Under the pieces are notes generated by a model that did not search any database, was not told where the DNA came from, and was given only the letters and a program-made list of their open reading frames with translations. From a virus (Duplodnaviria > Caudoviricetes): DNA of 35,041 bases. The stretch lies in the IMG/VR virus record IMGVR_UViG_3300037045_000351, positions 1 through 35,041 of that record. One strand, 5' to 3'. Positions 16,769-27,000 of this stretch are shown here, piece by piece. The position numbers and the translations under genes were made by a program. Numbering within the stretch: position 1 is the stretch's first letter; each line of letters starts with the position of its first letter.

Positions 16769-18133
16769 ATGGAATCCACGTTAGACCAGTACGTGCAGCG
16801 GTTCGAGGAGGGTGTGACCGGTGAGTTGATCGCTGAGGTCATCGAGACTTTCGGCCCGAAACGCAACCATATGCGCACGATGTACGAACGGTACAAGGCG
16901 AACAAGCAATTCATTCCGTCGCTCAAGAATGACCCGCCCGTGAAGACGGCGTTTGACTCACGCGTCGCCAATGACTACATCGGGGAAGCGGTCGATTTGA
17001 AGGTCGGTTACTTCTCCGGCATCCCGATCGCCTACAACTATGATACGGAGTTGCCGGAAGCAAAGGTGGCGAACGATTTGCTGCAACGCTTCAACCGACT
17101 CAACCGCATCGCGGACTTGGACAGTGAGACGGCGAAATGGTCGGCTATCACGGGATACGGGGCGCGGCTGCTCTATCTTGATGAGGACAAACGGGAGCGG
17201 GTCATGAACGTGCCGAGCTTCGACTGCATCTTCATCGGTGAGCTTACGGACCCGACCGCGGCGCTTCGTCTCTACACGCAGGCTGACGTGCTTCACGTTG
17301 ACGTCTACACGGCGGACGGTGTACAGGTATGGCGCGACAACGACGGGGCTTATACGCTCGTTGACGAGGTGATGAACCCGTTCCAAGTCGTGCCGCTCAT
17401 CGGTTATCCGAACAACTCGGAGTTACAGGGTGACTGCGACAAGGTGCTCCCGATTGTGGACGGCATCGACGAGGTGCTGACCAACGCATTGAGCGAGGAC
17501 ACGGCACAGCGTCTTGCTTATATGGCGTTCGAAGGTGGACTCATCGACGAAGAGACGCTCGAGCAAGCCCGGGAGACCGGTGCGTTCACCGTTCCCGCAG
17601 GTGGTAAGGTGTACTTTATCACGAAGGACATCAACGACACGGCACGGCAGAACCTGCTCGAACACTTGATTGACGCGTTCTATCGCTTCACGAAGACGCC
17701 GAACCTTCGCAACGACGCCTTTGCCGGTAACAGCAGCGGTGTCGCGCTCAAGTTCCAGTTGTTCCCGTTCAACGCCAAGGTGACGTCGTATCAGCGTAAG
17801 TTCGAGTCGGCTACCTTGCAGATGTACACGGCGCTCTCGAACGTCTGGGGATTACGTGGCGGTTCGTTTGACCCGCTCAACGTATACCTCGAGTTCACCG
17901 AGAACTTCCCGCTCGACCTGCTCAATGAGGCACAGATTCAACAGACGCTCGCGGGATTGGTCAGCAAGGAGACGGCGCTTGGACTCTTCTCAGCAGTAGA
18001 TGACCCGAAATGGGAGATTCAACGGATGAGAGAAGAAGCGCAAGAATCAGCATTCATGGGTTCAAGTGAGATTGAAGAGACGAACGTCCCTGTTCAGCTT
18101 GCCGATCAGTTCGTAACGGAGGTGGCGGAATGA
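16769..18133 (+). CDS. SPP1-type portal protein
   Basis: VGYFSGIPI, VPLIGYPNN, FAGNSSGVALKF, SKETAL; follows terL. Confidence 0.93.
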   Translation: MESTLDQYVQRFEEGVTGELIAEVIETFGPKRNHMRTMYERYKANKQFIPSLKNDPPVKTAFDSRVANDYIGEAVDLKVGYFSGIPIAYNYDTELPEAKVANDLLQRFNRLNRIADLDSETAKWSAITGYGARLLYLDEDKRERVMNVPSFDCIFIGELTDPTAALRLYTQADVLHVDVYTADGVQVWRDNDGAYTLVDEVMNPFQVVPLIGYPNNSELQGDCDKVLPIVDGIDEVLTNALSEDTAQRLAYMAFEGGLIDEETLEQARETGAFTVPAGGKVYFITKDINDTARQNLLEHLIDAFYRFTKTPNLRNDAFAGNSSGVALKFQLFPFNAKVTSYQRKFESATLQMYTALSNVWGLRGGSFDPLNVYLEFTENFPLDLLNEAQIQQTLAGLVSKETALGLFSAVDDPKWEIQRMREEAQESAFMGSSEIEETNVPVQLADQFVTEVAE

Positions 18134-18501
18134 TTATGGATGACGTCAAACAGATGACCGAGTACTGGCAGGAACAACTCGGCTTAATGGACTGGCGTTT
18201 ACACGTCACCTTGGAACACGACGCGGACATGAACGACCGAGCGGGTGAAGTGGATTGGACACTCACGCTCAAGCAAGCGACCATCCGGCTGATTCATCCC
18301 GATACCATCCGCAAGTCACTCGTCTTCCCGTACGACTTGGAGCAGACACTCGTTCACGAGTTGCTACACCTCCACGCCGCTCCGTTCGACACATTCAAGC
18401 AAGGCGGACTGAAAAACGCGGCGCTCGAAGTGATGATTGATAAGACGGCGACGGCACTCGTCGAATTGAAGCGAGCGGGTGAGGAACATGCTCAAGCCTA
18501 A
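18130..18501 (+). CDS. HExxH zincin-like metallopeptidase domain protein
   Basis: WQEQLGLMDW...EQTLVHELLHLH with a downstream E. Confidence 0.75.
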   Translation: MIMDDVKQMTEYWQEQLGLMDWRLHVTLEHDADMNDRAGEVDWTLTLKQATIRLIHPDTIRKSLVFPYDLEQTLVHELLHLHAAPFDTFKQGGLKNAALEVMIDKTATALVELKRAGEEHAQA

Positions 18502-19420
18502 AGCACCACCGTTCGCCCCGACCGAGGCACAACTAGAGAAACGGATCAAGGAGCTGTACCGCGACGCCTATGACGACATCCGCATCGAGATTGCGAAGAT
18601 GTACGAGGCGTTTTCTGCGGACGGCTCTTTGTCGTTGGCCGAGATGACGCGCTACAACCGCTTGACGAAGGTCGAAAGTCAATTGGCGAGCATCTTATCG
18701 GGGCTGTACAAGCAAAACAAGAAATACCTGTATGAATCGATGGAGTCTGCTTACTTGCACGGATACTTCGAGCGGCAGTACGCCTTGGAGTTCGGTGCCC
18801 AGCAGTTGCTCCGCTTCGGTGGGGTCAACGAGAAAGCGGTCGAGGCGATGCTGTCGAGCTCGCTCACGGGGCTGACGCTTGATGAACGGCTCGGCAACAA
18901 CTATCGGCAAGCGGTCAACGACGTGCGGCAGACGCTCACGCAAGCGCTCGTACAGGGACAGAGCTTCGCACAGACGGCGCGCGTGCTGAAAGATACGGTC
19001 GGCAAAGACCAAGGACGGGCGACCCTCATCGCATGGACGGAGACACACAGGGCTTACGAGACGGCTTCCTACGAGCGAGCGGAAGCGGCTAAGGCTGAGG
19101 GCTTGGCGTTCACGACCAAGTGGCTTGCGACGCTCGATAACCGCACGAGAGCACGGCACCGCTCGATGGACGGCAAGGCACAGAATCAAGACGGCTACTT
19201 CATGTTGCCGGACGGAGCAAGAGGACGCTATCCCGGTGATCCGATGCTTCCTGCGAAGGACGTCATCCGCTGCCGTTGCACGACGACGGTCGAGTTTGAC
19301 GGCGATACACCCGGACAGCGGCGCGGCCGCGTTGACATAGATGACCCACGGAGCGAGAACGTGTTGTTCCCTGGGGATTTGACGTACAAGCAATGGTACG
19401 GACTACGAGTGGAGGGCTAA
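18488..19420 (+). CDS. Minor head protein (MuF / SPP1 gp7 family), no toxin extension
   Basis: IAWTETHR, KWLATLDNRTRARHRSMDG, YPGDP...IRCRC. Confidence 0.9.
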   Translation: MLKPKAPPFAPTEAQLEKRIKELYRDAYDDIRIEIAKMYEAFSADGSLSLAEMTRYNRLTKVESQLASILSGLYKQNKKYLYESMESAYLHGYFERQYALEFGAQQLLRFGGVNEKAVEAMLSSSLTGLTLDERLGNNYRQAVNDVRQTLTQALVQGQSFAQTARVLKDTVGKDQGRATLIAWTETHRAYETASYERAEAAKAEGLAFTTKWLATLDNRTRARHRSMDGKAQNQDGYFMLPDGARGRYPGDPMLPAKDVIRCRCTTTVEFDGDTPGQRRGRVDIDDPRSENVLFPGDLTYKQWYGLRVEG

Positions 19421-19422
19421 CC

Positions 19423-19575
19423 ATGAATGAAGAAATGGAACGACCCGACGATTTTGTATTGACCAGTGAAGACATTAAAGAGGGGCGCTCGCTCACACTC
19501 TTACGCTTGGCCGTGAGACGTGAGAACGGCGAACCTGTACCCAAGCAAGACCCAGACAGCATCGTCCAATATTGA
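19423..19575 (+). CDS. Small hypothetical protein (50 aa)
   Basis: GGAGG RBS. Confidence 0.55.
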   Translation: MNEEMERPDDFVLTSEDIKEGRSLTLLRLAVRRENGEPVPKQDPDSIVQY

Positions 19576-19586
19576 GGAGGCAGAGT

Positions 19587-19715
19587 GTGAAAAAGGTGCG
19601 ATTACTAATGAAACTTAGGGCTGAAATCTATATGTGCTCTTACAAAACCGCCTATATAAATTGGATGACTGACGAAGAAAAGCAAGGGTACTCATTTGAA
19701 GAATTAACGAAATGA
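19587..19715 (+). CDS. Small AT-rich hypothetical protein (42 aa)
   Basis: GAGGAGG RBS; GTG start; MKKVRLLMKLRAEIY... Confidence 0.5.
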   Translation: MKKVRLLMKLRAEIYMCSYKTAYINWMTDEEKQGYSFEELTK

Positions 19716-19720
19716 AATCA

Positions 19721-19778
19721 GCTTGAGGGCTTCGTATAGGGAACTCAGCAGAGGGCCGCTTCTATACGCAGAACTCGC
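19721..19778 (+). ncRNA. Putative cis-regulatory twin-hairpin RNA with complementary loops
   Basis: Two GAG-GGC-loop-GAA-CTC units; loops contain CGTATAG and CTATACG. Confidence 0.6.
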
Positions 19779-19794
19779 AAAGGAGACACAAGAC

Positions 19795-20433
19795 ATGGCA
19801 GACCACATCGAAGAACAGCAGACGCAAGAAGAAGTAGCGGAGAACACGGAACAACAACCCGAGACGAAGGAAGAGCCGTCTGCATCTCCGTTTTCTGAGG
19901 AACAGTTGAAAGCTATCGAGAAGATGATTCAGAGCCGTGAAGACCGCGTGCGCACACAGTACACGAAGAAGCTAAAAGAGACGCAACAGGAACTCGAGAA
20001 GCAGAAGACGCAGCACATGACGGACGCGGAGAAAGCCGAGTATGAGCGTGCGAAGTGGGAAGAAGAGAAAGCCGCATGGGAAGCCGAGAAAGAGCGTCAG
20101 GAACTCGAGATTAAGCGTACGGCGAACAAGCATCACGCCGCTCGGGTCATCAGCGCGAAAGGCATCCCGGCCGAACTCTCCGACGAATTCGAGGCGCTCA
20201 TCCTCGACGACGAGACGGCGAACATCGACACGAAAGCCGACACGATTCTCAAACTTGCCGAAGCGCTTGCCGCTCAAAAAGTGGAGCAATCGCTTGGAGG
20301 GCGCAAGGTGACACACCAGACGGTCGCCACGACGCAGTCGAAGAAAGACTTTGCCAAGATGTCGTACAAGGAGCGGGAGAAGCTCATGGAGCAAGACCCT
20401 GCCCTCTACGAAGCACTCAAGAATAAAAAATAA
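19795..20433 (+). CDS. Capsid scaffolding protein (DUF4355-like)
   Basis: Charged coiled coil, MTDAEKAEYE, FAKMSYKEREKL...PALYEAL; AAGGAG RBS; precedes the capsid gene. Confidence 0.88.
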   Translation: MADHIEEQQTQEEVAENTEQQPETKEEPSASPFSEEQLKAIEKMIQSREDRVRTQYTKKLKETQQELEKQKTQHMTDAEKAEYERAKWEEEKAAWEAEKERQELEIKRTANKHHAARVISAKGIPAELSDEFEALILDDETANIDTKADTILKLAEALAAQKVEQSLGGRKVTHQTVATTQSKKDFAKMSYKEREKLMEQDPALYEALKNKK

Positions 20434-20456
20434 CCCAATGAAAGAAGGAATCTTAC

Positions 20457-21227
20457 ATGGCACAAACAACATCAGCTGACCTCGTCAAAGGCACGATTTT
20501 CGCGGAAGGGGTGGCGGCGAAGCTCGTTGACAAACTCGCGCTCGACCCGATTGTACAAATGGACAACCTCCCTGCCGACGCGAAAGGGGACGAAATTACA
20601 CTCCCGAAATACGCGTACATCGGTGACGCCGTCAAGATGATTGAAGGAACGCCGCTCGTACCGAGCTTGCTCTCGCAATCGGCCGCACCTGTACCGATCA
20701 ACCAATACGGGAAAGCGGTTGAAATCACAGACCGCGCCGTCAAGTCAGGTATCGGCGACCCAATCGGCGAGGCAGAAGACCAAGTTGTCCTCGCGATCAA
20801 CTCGAAGATGCAAGTTGACAAGTTCGCGGCACTCGCGGGCGCAACAGCAACAGAAACAGTCGCGGCACTCGACAACGCCGGTATGGCAAAAGTGGTAGCC
20901 AAGTTCGGCGAAGACCAAGAAGGCACGACGTACCTCTTCGTCAACCCAGCGGACTGGGCAACTGCGGTCGGCGCAGACATCAACTTTGCATCGCGCGTCC
21001 GCGAAGTATACAGCCTCGAGTTCGTCGCTTCGAACCGCGTCCCTGCAGGTACAGCTTACGCGGTGAAAGACGGCGCGATCGGCGTCTTCTTGCAAGAGGG
21101 CGTTGACACAGAGACAGACCGTGACATCCTCGTGAAGTCGACAGTCATCTCAGCCGACACATTCGCGGCCATCTACCTCCGTGACGAGTCGAAAGCCGTC
21201 AAGGTAACAATTACACCAACACCTTAA
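20457..21227 (+). CDS. Major capsid protein (N4-gp56-like family)
   Basis: GDEITLPKYAYIGDA, GKAVEITD, GDPIGEA, ETDRDIL. Confidence 0.92.
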   Translation: MAQTTSADLVKGTIFAEGVAAKLVDKLALDPIVQMDNLPADAKGDEITLPKYAYIGDAVKMIEGTPLVPSLLSQSAAPVPINQYGKAVEITDRAVKSGIGDPIGEAEDQVVLAINSKMQVDKFAALAGATATETVAALDNAGMAKVVAKFGEDQEGTTYLFVNPADWATAVGADINFASRVREVYSLEFVASNRVPAGTAYAVKDGAIGVFLQEGVDTETDRDILVKSTVISADTFAAIYLRDESKAVKVTITPTP

Positions 21228-21238
21228 TCTGAAAGGAC

Positions 21239-21427
21239 GTGAGCTTGATGCTCCTACGACGCTATCAAGACAAGCGGGCTGACGTCATCCAAGAGCAGAA
21301 GGACGAGCGGGTGGACTTCGGTTCACTCACCGTCCCTGAGCTCAAGGACTTGGCGAAAGAACGCGGACTAGAAGGCTACAGCGACTTGAAGAAAGCGGAA
21401 TTAGTCGACCTCCTCGAAGGGGAGTGA
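21239..21427 (+). CDS. Rho-N/HeH domain small protein
   Basis: LTVPELKDLAKERGLEGYSDLKKAELVDLL. Confidence 0.85.
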   Translation: MSLMLLRRYQDKRADVIQEQKDERVDFGSLTVPELKDLAKERGLEGYSDLKKAELVDLLEGE

Positions 21428-21431
21428 GCCC

Positions 21432-21776
21432 ATGACCGTTGAACAGGTAAAGGCATACTTGAATCTCAAAGGGACGGCCCACGATGCGTATATCGGGGCC
21501 GTTTTGCCGTTGTTCGAGGAAATGGCGTATCAACGCCTCCAACTCTTATCCGCGACGCCGCTCCCGGCTCAAGCACAACTCGTCATCGCCAAGGCGGTGC
21601 AAATCTACGCGGTCAAGGCGGGCGTCATGTCGCAGTCACAAGGTGACGTGAGCATCAACTACGACCAAGTGGACGCGTTCGAATATCTCGGGCAACAGCT
21701 TGACTTGGTACTCGACGGGGGAAGCAAGCGGTTCGGGTTCATCCCGATGAGCGGGAAGGTGACGCCATATGTTTGA
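21432..21776 (+). CDS. Head-tail connector (adaptor)
   Basis: VEQVKAYLNL, SQSQGDVSINY; position. Confidence 0.8.
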   Translation: MTVEQVKAYLNLKGTAHDAYIGAVLPLFEEMAYQRLQLLSATPLPAQAQLVIAKAVQIYAVKAGVMSQSQGDVSINYDQVDAFEYLGQQLDLVLDGGSKRFGFIPMSGKVTPYV

Positions 21777-22095
21777 GTTACGCCCGCATACGGTCCGCTA
21801 CCTCATCGTCGGTGAGTCGACAGAGGACGAGGCCGGCACCATCATCCCGGGCGAGACGACGGAAAGCGCGGACATCCCCGCCCACGTCGATACGCTCTCC
21901 GGCAGACGCTTGGAGATTGCGCAACGGATCAACGACGAGACGACCGCGGTCATCTACATGGACTGGCAGGAGTTGCCGGACGTGGACCGCGTCAAACACG
22001 TCGAGACAGGCACGCTGTACTCGCTCACAGGCCCGCCCATCAATCAAGGAGGCATGAGCGAGTCGCTCGCCTTGCACGTCAAGGAGGTGCGTTAA
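21769..22095 (+). CDS. Head closure (stopper) protein
   Basis: Position and size. Confidence 0.75.
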   Translation: MFELRPHTVRYLIVGESTEDEAGTIIPGETTESADIPAHVDTLSGRRLEIAQRINDETTAVIYMDWQELPDVDRVKHVETGTLYSLTGPPINQGGMSESLALHVKEVR

Positions 22096-22434
22096 ATGCG
22101 CGTCCAAGTTGATGTGGATGTACAAAAGGCGCTGAACCGGATTGCCCGCTACGGCGGACGGGCTGAGAAAGGCGTGAAACAAGCGGTCACGAAAAGCACG
22201 CTCTCGATTGAGACGAACGCGAAGAAGCGCGCGCCTGTCGACACGGGAAACCTACGCTCGTCCATTCAAGGCGAGGCGAAAGGGCTCGAAGGTGAAGTGA
22301 CCGCGACAGCAGAATACGCGCCATTCGTCGAGTTCGGCACCCGCAAGGCGGAGAGTCAGCCTTTCATGGGCCCAGCGGCCGAAGAGGAACGACCGAAATT
22401 CAACCAGGGGATCAAGGAGGCGTTGCGTGAATGA
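22096..22434 (+). CDS. HK97 gp10-family neck protein
   Basis: APVDTGNLRSSI, YAPFVEFGT, QPFMGPA. Confidence 0.92.
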   Translation: MRVQVDVDVQKALNRIARYGGRAEKGVKQAVTKSTLSIETNAKKRAPVDTGNLRSSIQGEAKGLEGEVTATAEYAPFVEFGTRKAESQPFMGPAAEEERPKFNQGIKEALRE

Positions 22435-22844
22435 ACGGGATTGAATACGAGCTTCACGTCGCGCTCCTTGCCCGTTTGAAGCAAGCGCTCGGGACACAAG
22501 TCACCGGCGTCTATGCGGACGAGGTACAGGCGGCGGCCGTATCGCCGTATGTGACCATCGGCAACTACACGACGCTCCCTTACGACAGCAAGACGACGGA
22601 CGGCAGGGAGATGACCGTCACGCTCCATACGTGGAGCACAGTGGCGAGCAAAGCGGAGACGCTCAAGCTACAAAGCAACATCATCAAGGCGCTCAAGTAC
22701 CCGCTCACGTTGCGTGAGGGGCACACGGTGCAACTGGTACGGCCAGAACTGAGCGAGACGCTACGGGATACGACTGACACGACGGTATGGATTCACGGCG
22801 TTCAGCGGTTCCGATTCAAAATTAACGAAGGAGTGACAGCATAA
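22431..22844 (+). CDS. Tail completion protein (DUF3168-like)
   Basis: VYAD...PYVTIG, TLHTWS, HGVQRFRF. Confidence 0.85.
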   Translation: MNGIEYELHVALLARLKQALGTQVTGVYADEVQAAAVSPYVTIGNYTTLPYDSKTTDGREMTVTLHTWSTVASKAETLKLQSNIIKALKYPLTLREGHTVQLVRPELSETLRDTTDTTVWIHGVQRFRFKINEGVTA

Positions 22845-23272
22845 TGGCAGAATCACGCGGTATTGATTTCTTGGTATTCATCAACACGGGCGACGCGCTC
22901 ACGCCGGCGTTCACGAAAGTAGCCGGACAACGTGGAGGTACCTTCAACATGGAGACCGACACGCTCGACCTCGCGTCAAAAGACAATTACGGATGGGCCT
23001 ATGAAGACTACGGCATCGCCTCATGGAGCATCGAGGCTGACGGCGTATTCGTCGAAGGCGACACGAGCCACCAAGCAATCATCGACGCGTTTCTCGCGAA
23101 GGAGTCCGTCCTCGTGCGTTGGCAGTTCCCGAGTGGCAAGCGCTACGAAGGCAACGCATTGATCACGGAGTTCCCGATTGAGGCGCCGTATGACGATGTG
23201 GCCACATATAGCTTTACGTTACAAGGACAGGGCCAGTTCGAGGAAGTCGCGGCTGACCCGGTAGGACCGTAA
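22844..23272 (+). CDS. Major tail protein (TP901-1 family)
   Basis: VAGQRGGT, SKD, SWSIEADG, EAPYDDVATYSFTLQGQG. Confidence 0.92.
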   Translation: MAESRGIDFLVFINTGDALTPAFTKVAGQRGGTFNMETDTLDLASKDNYGWAYEDYGIASWSIEADGVFVEGDTSHQAIIDAFLAKESVLVRWQFPSGKRYEGNALITEFPIEAPYDDVATYSFTLQGQGQFEEVAADPVGP

Positions 23273-23287
23273 CGGACGACACATAGC

Positions 23288-23317
23288 GCGGTAGGGGCAA
23301 CTCTACCGCCTTTTTTT
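23288..23317 (+). terminator. Intrinsic terminator after the major tail gene
   Basis: GCGGTAGGG-GCAA-CTCTACCGC-C-TTTTTTT. Confidence 0.85.
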
Positions 23318-23343
23318 ATTCCACCACAAGGGAGATACCACAT

Positions 23344-23697
23344 ATGGCACATATCAAGCTGAACGGCAAAGAGTACGAGCTCCAATTCAAGAACCGCGAG
23401 CTTCGTCAATTGGAAGAGCGGACCGGCAAGTCAATGGAATCGTTCTTCGGCGAGGAAATGGCGAGCGGAAAAATCGGCCCGATGTACACGCTCTTACTCA
23501 TCATGCTCAAACGTCACGACGACTTCAAACACGTCGATGAGGACGACTTCATGGACGTCTTGGACGACGAGATGGAGAAAGACCTCACCTTCGAACACTT
23601 GGGCGAGGCGTTGCAGAAAGCGGTCGAGGCGTCGGTTTTTATGAAACAGGCACAAGCCAAGAAAGCGGAGAAACCGAAAGCGGTGAAACGGGCGTAA
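23344..23697 (+). CDS. Tail assembly chaperone (G)
   Basis: IKLNGKEYELQF; lies between the major tail and tape measure genes. Confidence 0.88.
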   Translation: MAHIKLNGKEYELQFKNRELRQLEERTGKSMESFFGEEMASGKIGPMYTLLLIMLKRHDDFKHVDEDDFMDVLDDEMEKDLTFEHLGEALQKAVEASVFMKQAQAKKAEKPKAVKRA

Positions 23698-24002
23698 CGC
23701 CGTCCCAGACGACGGAACTCATGAAGCTGTGTATCCGCTACGGGAACGTCACGCCGCTCGACTATTGGGAGATGACACGGGCCGAGACGCTCCTGTATCT
23801 CGACATGATGCGAGAGGCGCGCTATGACCGCTTGGAAGACGAGTCCATCGTCGCCATCATGCAACGGAACGCGAAGAACATGAAACGCGTCAAGGCGAGC
23901 GACCTGTTCGCGCGTCCGAGCGCACAGAAAGAACAGAAGGTCGTCTCCATCGAGGAAAAACGGAACACGATGCTCGACCTCGAGGCGAGACTCGGCTTTT
24001 AG
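23634..24002 (+). CDS. -1 frameshift extension of the tail chaperone (GT)
   Basis: G GTT TTT at 23634-23640; the -1 frame is open through ORF 23721-24002 (YWEMTRAE). Confidence 0.78.
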   Translation, partial: GFYETGTSQESGETESGETGVTPSQTTELMKLCIRYGNVTPLDYWEMTRAETLLYLDMMREARYDRLEDESIVAIMQRNAKNMKRVKASDLFARPSAQKEQKVVSIEEKRNTMLDLEARLGF

Positions 24003-24017
24003 GAAGGAGGGAAACAC

Positions 24018-27000
24018 ATGGCATTTGAAGATATCAGCGTCAAGATCGGGGCGGATATCGGAAGTTTTACCAAGTCGATGCAACAGGTCGAGAGCCAGAT
24101 GGGCGCGATGGGTCAGAAAGTTTCCGGCGCCGGTCAAGCCATGGCAACCACGTTCGGTGCTGCAGGCGGTGCGATTGCGGCTGGACTTGGGTTTGCCGTC
24201 AACAAGTCGATGGACTTCGAGTCTCAAATCAGTCGAGTCGGCGCGATTGCCGGGGCGACGGGGTCGGAACTTGACGCCTTACGCAACTCGGCGCTCGAAC
24301 TCGGGGCCAGCACCTCGAAATCAGCCAGTGAGGTCGCGGTCGCGCAAGAAGGACTGGCGGCACTCGGCTTTACCGCAACCGACGTCATCGCGGCCATGCC
24401 GGGCGTCATCTCGGCGGCGGAGTCATCCGGGGCGGATATGGCGCAGACCGCAGAGGTTATGGCATCCGCGCTCAACATCTTCGGACTCGAGGCGGCGGAA
24501 TCGACACGCGTCGCGGATATTTTGGCACAGACCGCGAACATGTCGGCGGCAGACATCAATGATATGGGCTACGCGCTCAAGTATGCCGGACCAGTGGCTG
24601 CAAACCTCGGTGTCTCGATGGAAGAGTTATCCGCAAGTATCGGGATCATGACCAATGCGGGACTTGATGGGTCATCTGCCGGTACCGCGTTACGAGCGGG
24701 TTTGCTCTCGCTCCTCAATCCGTCAAATGAGAACTCGAAGGTCATGGAGGCCATGGGCATCCAGATGACGGACAACAACGGAAAATTCGTTGGATTGTCC
24801 GGTGTCGTCCAACAGCTCGGGTCGTCAATGGAAGGGATGACGGACGCCCAGAAGACAGCGACGCTCGCGAGCCTCGTCGGGACAGAAGCGTCATCCGGAT
24901 TCCTCGCGCTCATGAGTGCAGGACCGGCAGAGATTGACAAGATGACCGCATCGCTTGAGAACAGCGGTGGCGCCTCCGCTACGGCGGCCGCTGCCATGAA
25001 AGATAACCTCAAGGGTGCGATGGAAGAAATGGGCGGAGCGGTTGAGACGCTTCAAATTAGTATCGGAACCGCCCTTACGCCCGCGATTCAAGCGGCGACC
25101 GTGTTCGTCACCGGACTCGCCAACGCCTTCAACGGCTTGTCACCACAGATGCAAAGCATGATTGCTATCGGCGCGGCGGTCACGGCGGCGGTGTTACTAC
25201 TTGGCGCTGCGCTCGGGGGCATCTTGATGGTCGTTGGTGGCGTCATGAGCGCTATTGCAGCACTTGGTGGCGTCATGGCGATTCTCGGCACGGCGCTCGC
25301 TGTACTGACGTCGCCCATCACGTTAACAATTGCCGGACTCGTCGCGCTTGGTGCGGCCTTTGCGGTCTTATGGGCCAAGTCACAGACTTTCCGTACCGTC
25401 GTCACGCAAGCGTTCACCGCGATTCAGCAAGCGGCCATGCAAGTCTTCAATTTCATTCGTCCTTACGTCATCCAAGCCATCACGGCGATTCAAACGAGCG
25501 TGTCGCAAGGTCTGAACGCGATTCGTGCCTTCTGGCAACAGAACGGGGCGCAGATCATGACAATCGCGCGCGCGGTGTGGTCGGTGGTGCAAACCATCTT
25601 CTCGACGTACCTGGCGAACATCGTCGCGGTGGCGAAAGCAGGATTTACCGTGCTCGCGGCTGTCGTCAAGACTGTGTTCAACGTCATCAAGGCGGTCGTC
25701 ACGACGGTCATGAAAGTCATCGGCGGCATCGTGAAGACTGTCCTCGCGGTCATGCGTGGGGATTGGAGCGGGGCGCTCAACGCCATCAAAGGAATCGTCA
25801 GCGCCGTGTTCAACGGCATCCGTAGCGTCGTGACCTCGGTCATGAACGGGATTCGGAGCGTCATCACGAGCGTGTGGAACGGCATCAAGTCGACCGTGAC
25901 AAGCGCCGTCAACGGCATCAAGTCCATCGTCACGAGCGTGTTCAACGCACTCAAGAGCACAGTATCGGGCGCGATGAACGGCGTACGCACCGCAATCGTC
26001 GACGGATGGAACCGGGCGAAGTCGTTCTTGTCGAGCATCGACCTGTCAACCATCGGACGGCAAATCATCCAAGGGCTTGTCAACGGGATTCGAGCCGCTG
26101 CCGGCGGTATCAGTGACGCAGTTTCCGCCATCACCGACAAGATTCCGGCGACGATCAAGAAACTCATGGGCATTCACTCGCCGTCACGCGTCACCATGGC
26201 GCTCGGGAAGCACACGGCGAACGGTCTCGCCATCGGGATTCGAAAGAACGGCAAGGGTGCGGCAAACGCGGCGGCCCAGGTCGCACGAAACGTCACAGAG
26301 AAGATGAAGAACCTTGAAGTGAAGTATGACACGAAGAAACTGTCTCCGACGGCCTATATCGCCGGACTCAAGAAGATCGCGAGCCAGTTCAAGTTGACGG
26401 GTGACCAGTCGCGCAAGATGCAAAAAGAAATCTACGCGGCGAACCAGGCGCTCGACAAGGCGGACGCCAAACGATCGAAAACGCGCATCCAGCAGGAACA
26501 GAAAGTCATGGCCGCGCAGACGAAGGCGCTCGCCAATTACAAGAAGCAATTCGCGGACCTCAAGAGTTCATTCAACCCGGCTGACCTGTTCAGTGCTGCC
26601 GGACAAGGTGACACGACGGGCAAGGAGTTGTTGGCGAACCTCCGTACGCAAGTGTGGGCGCTCGACGACTACCGCAAGAACATCGTACGTCTCGCGAAGC
26701 GTGGCGTCTCGGGTGGGTTGCTCGACGAGCTTAAGACGGCCGGCCCGAAAGCGTCGGAACAGATCGCGGCACTTGCCAAGCTCTCACTCAAGGATTTGAA
26801 GGCGTACATGTCGCTGTACAGCAAACGCAACAAAATCACGAGCGACATGGCGAAGAATCAACTCAAGTCACAGGTAACGAAGTCGAAAGCGGCGCTCAAG
26901 ACGGCGCAAGGACAGGCGAAAGGCGAGAAACTCAACGAGAAGGTGCTCGAGAACGTCATCGTGCTCGATGGCAAGGTCATCGGTCGTAGCGTGCAACAAT

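Noticed and set aside
21215-21240. +1 or -1 frameshift at the capsid end (CCT TAA), as in SPP1-type CCC-TAA recoding
   Set aside because: The +1 frame gives only about 19 codons and the -1 frame stops at once (TGA); neither joins a downstream domain
23264-23295. Frameshift extension of the major tail protein (CCG TAA)
   Set aside because: The +1 frame stops within nine codons and a terminator follows
25480-26020. Repetitive DNA in the tape measure gene
   Set aside because: Explained by the usual 11-residue protein repeats
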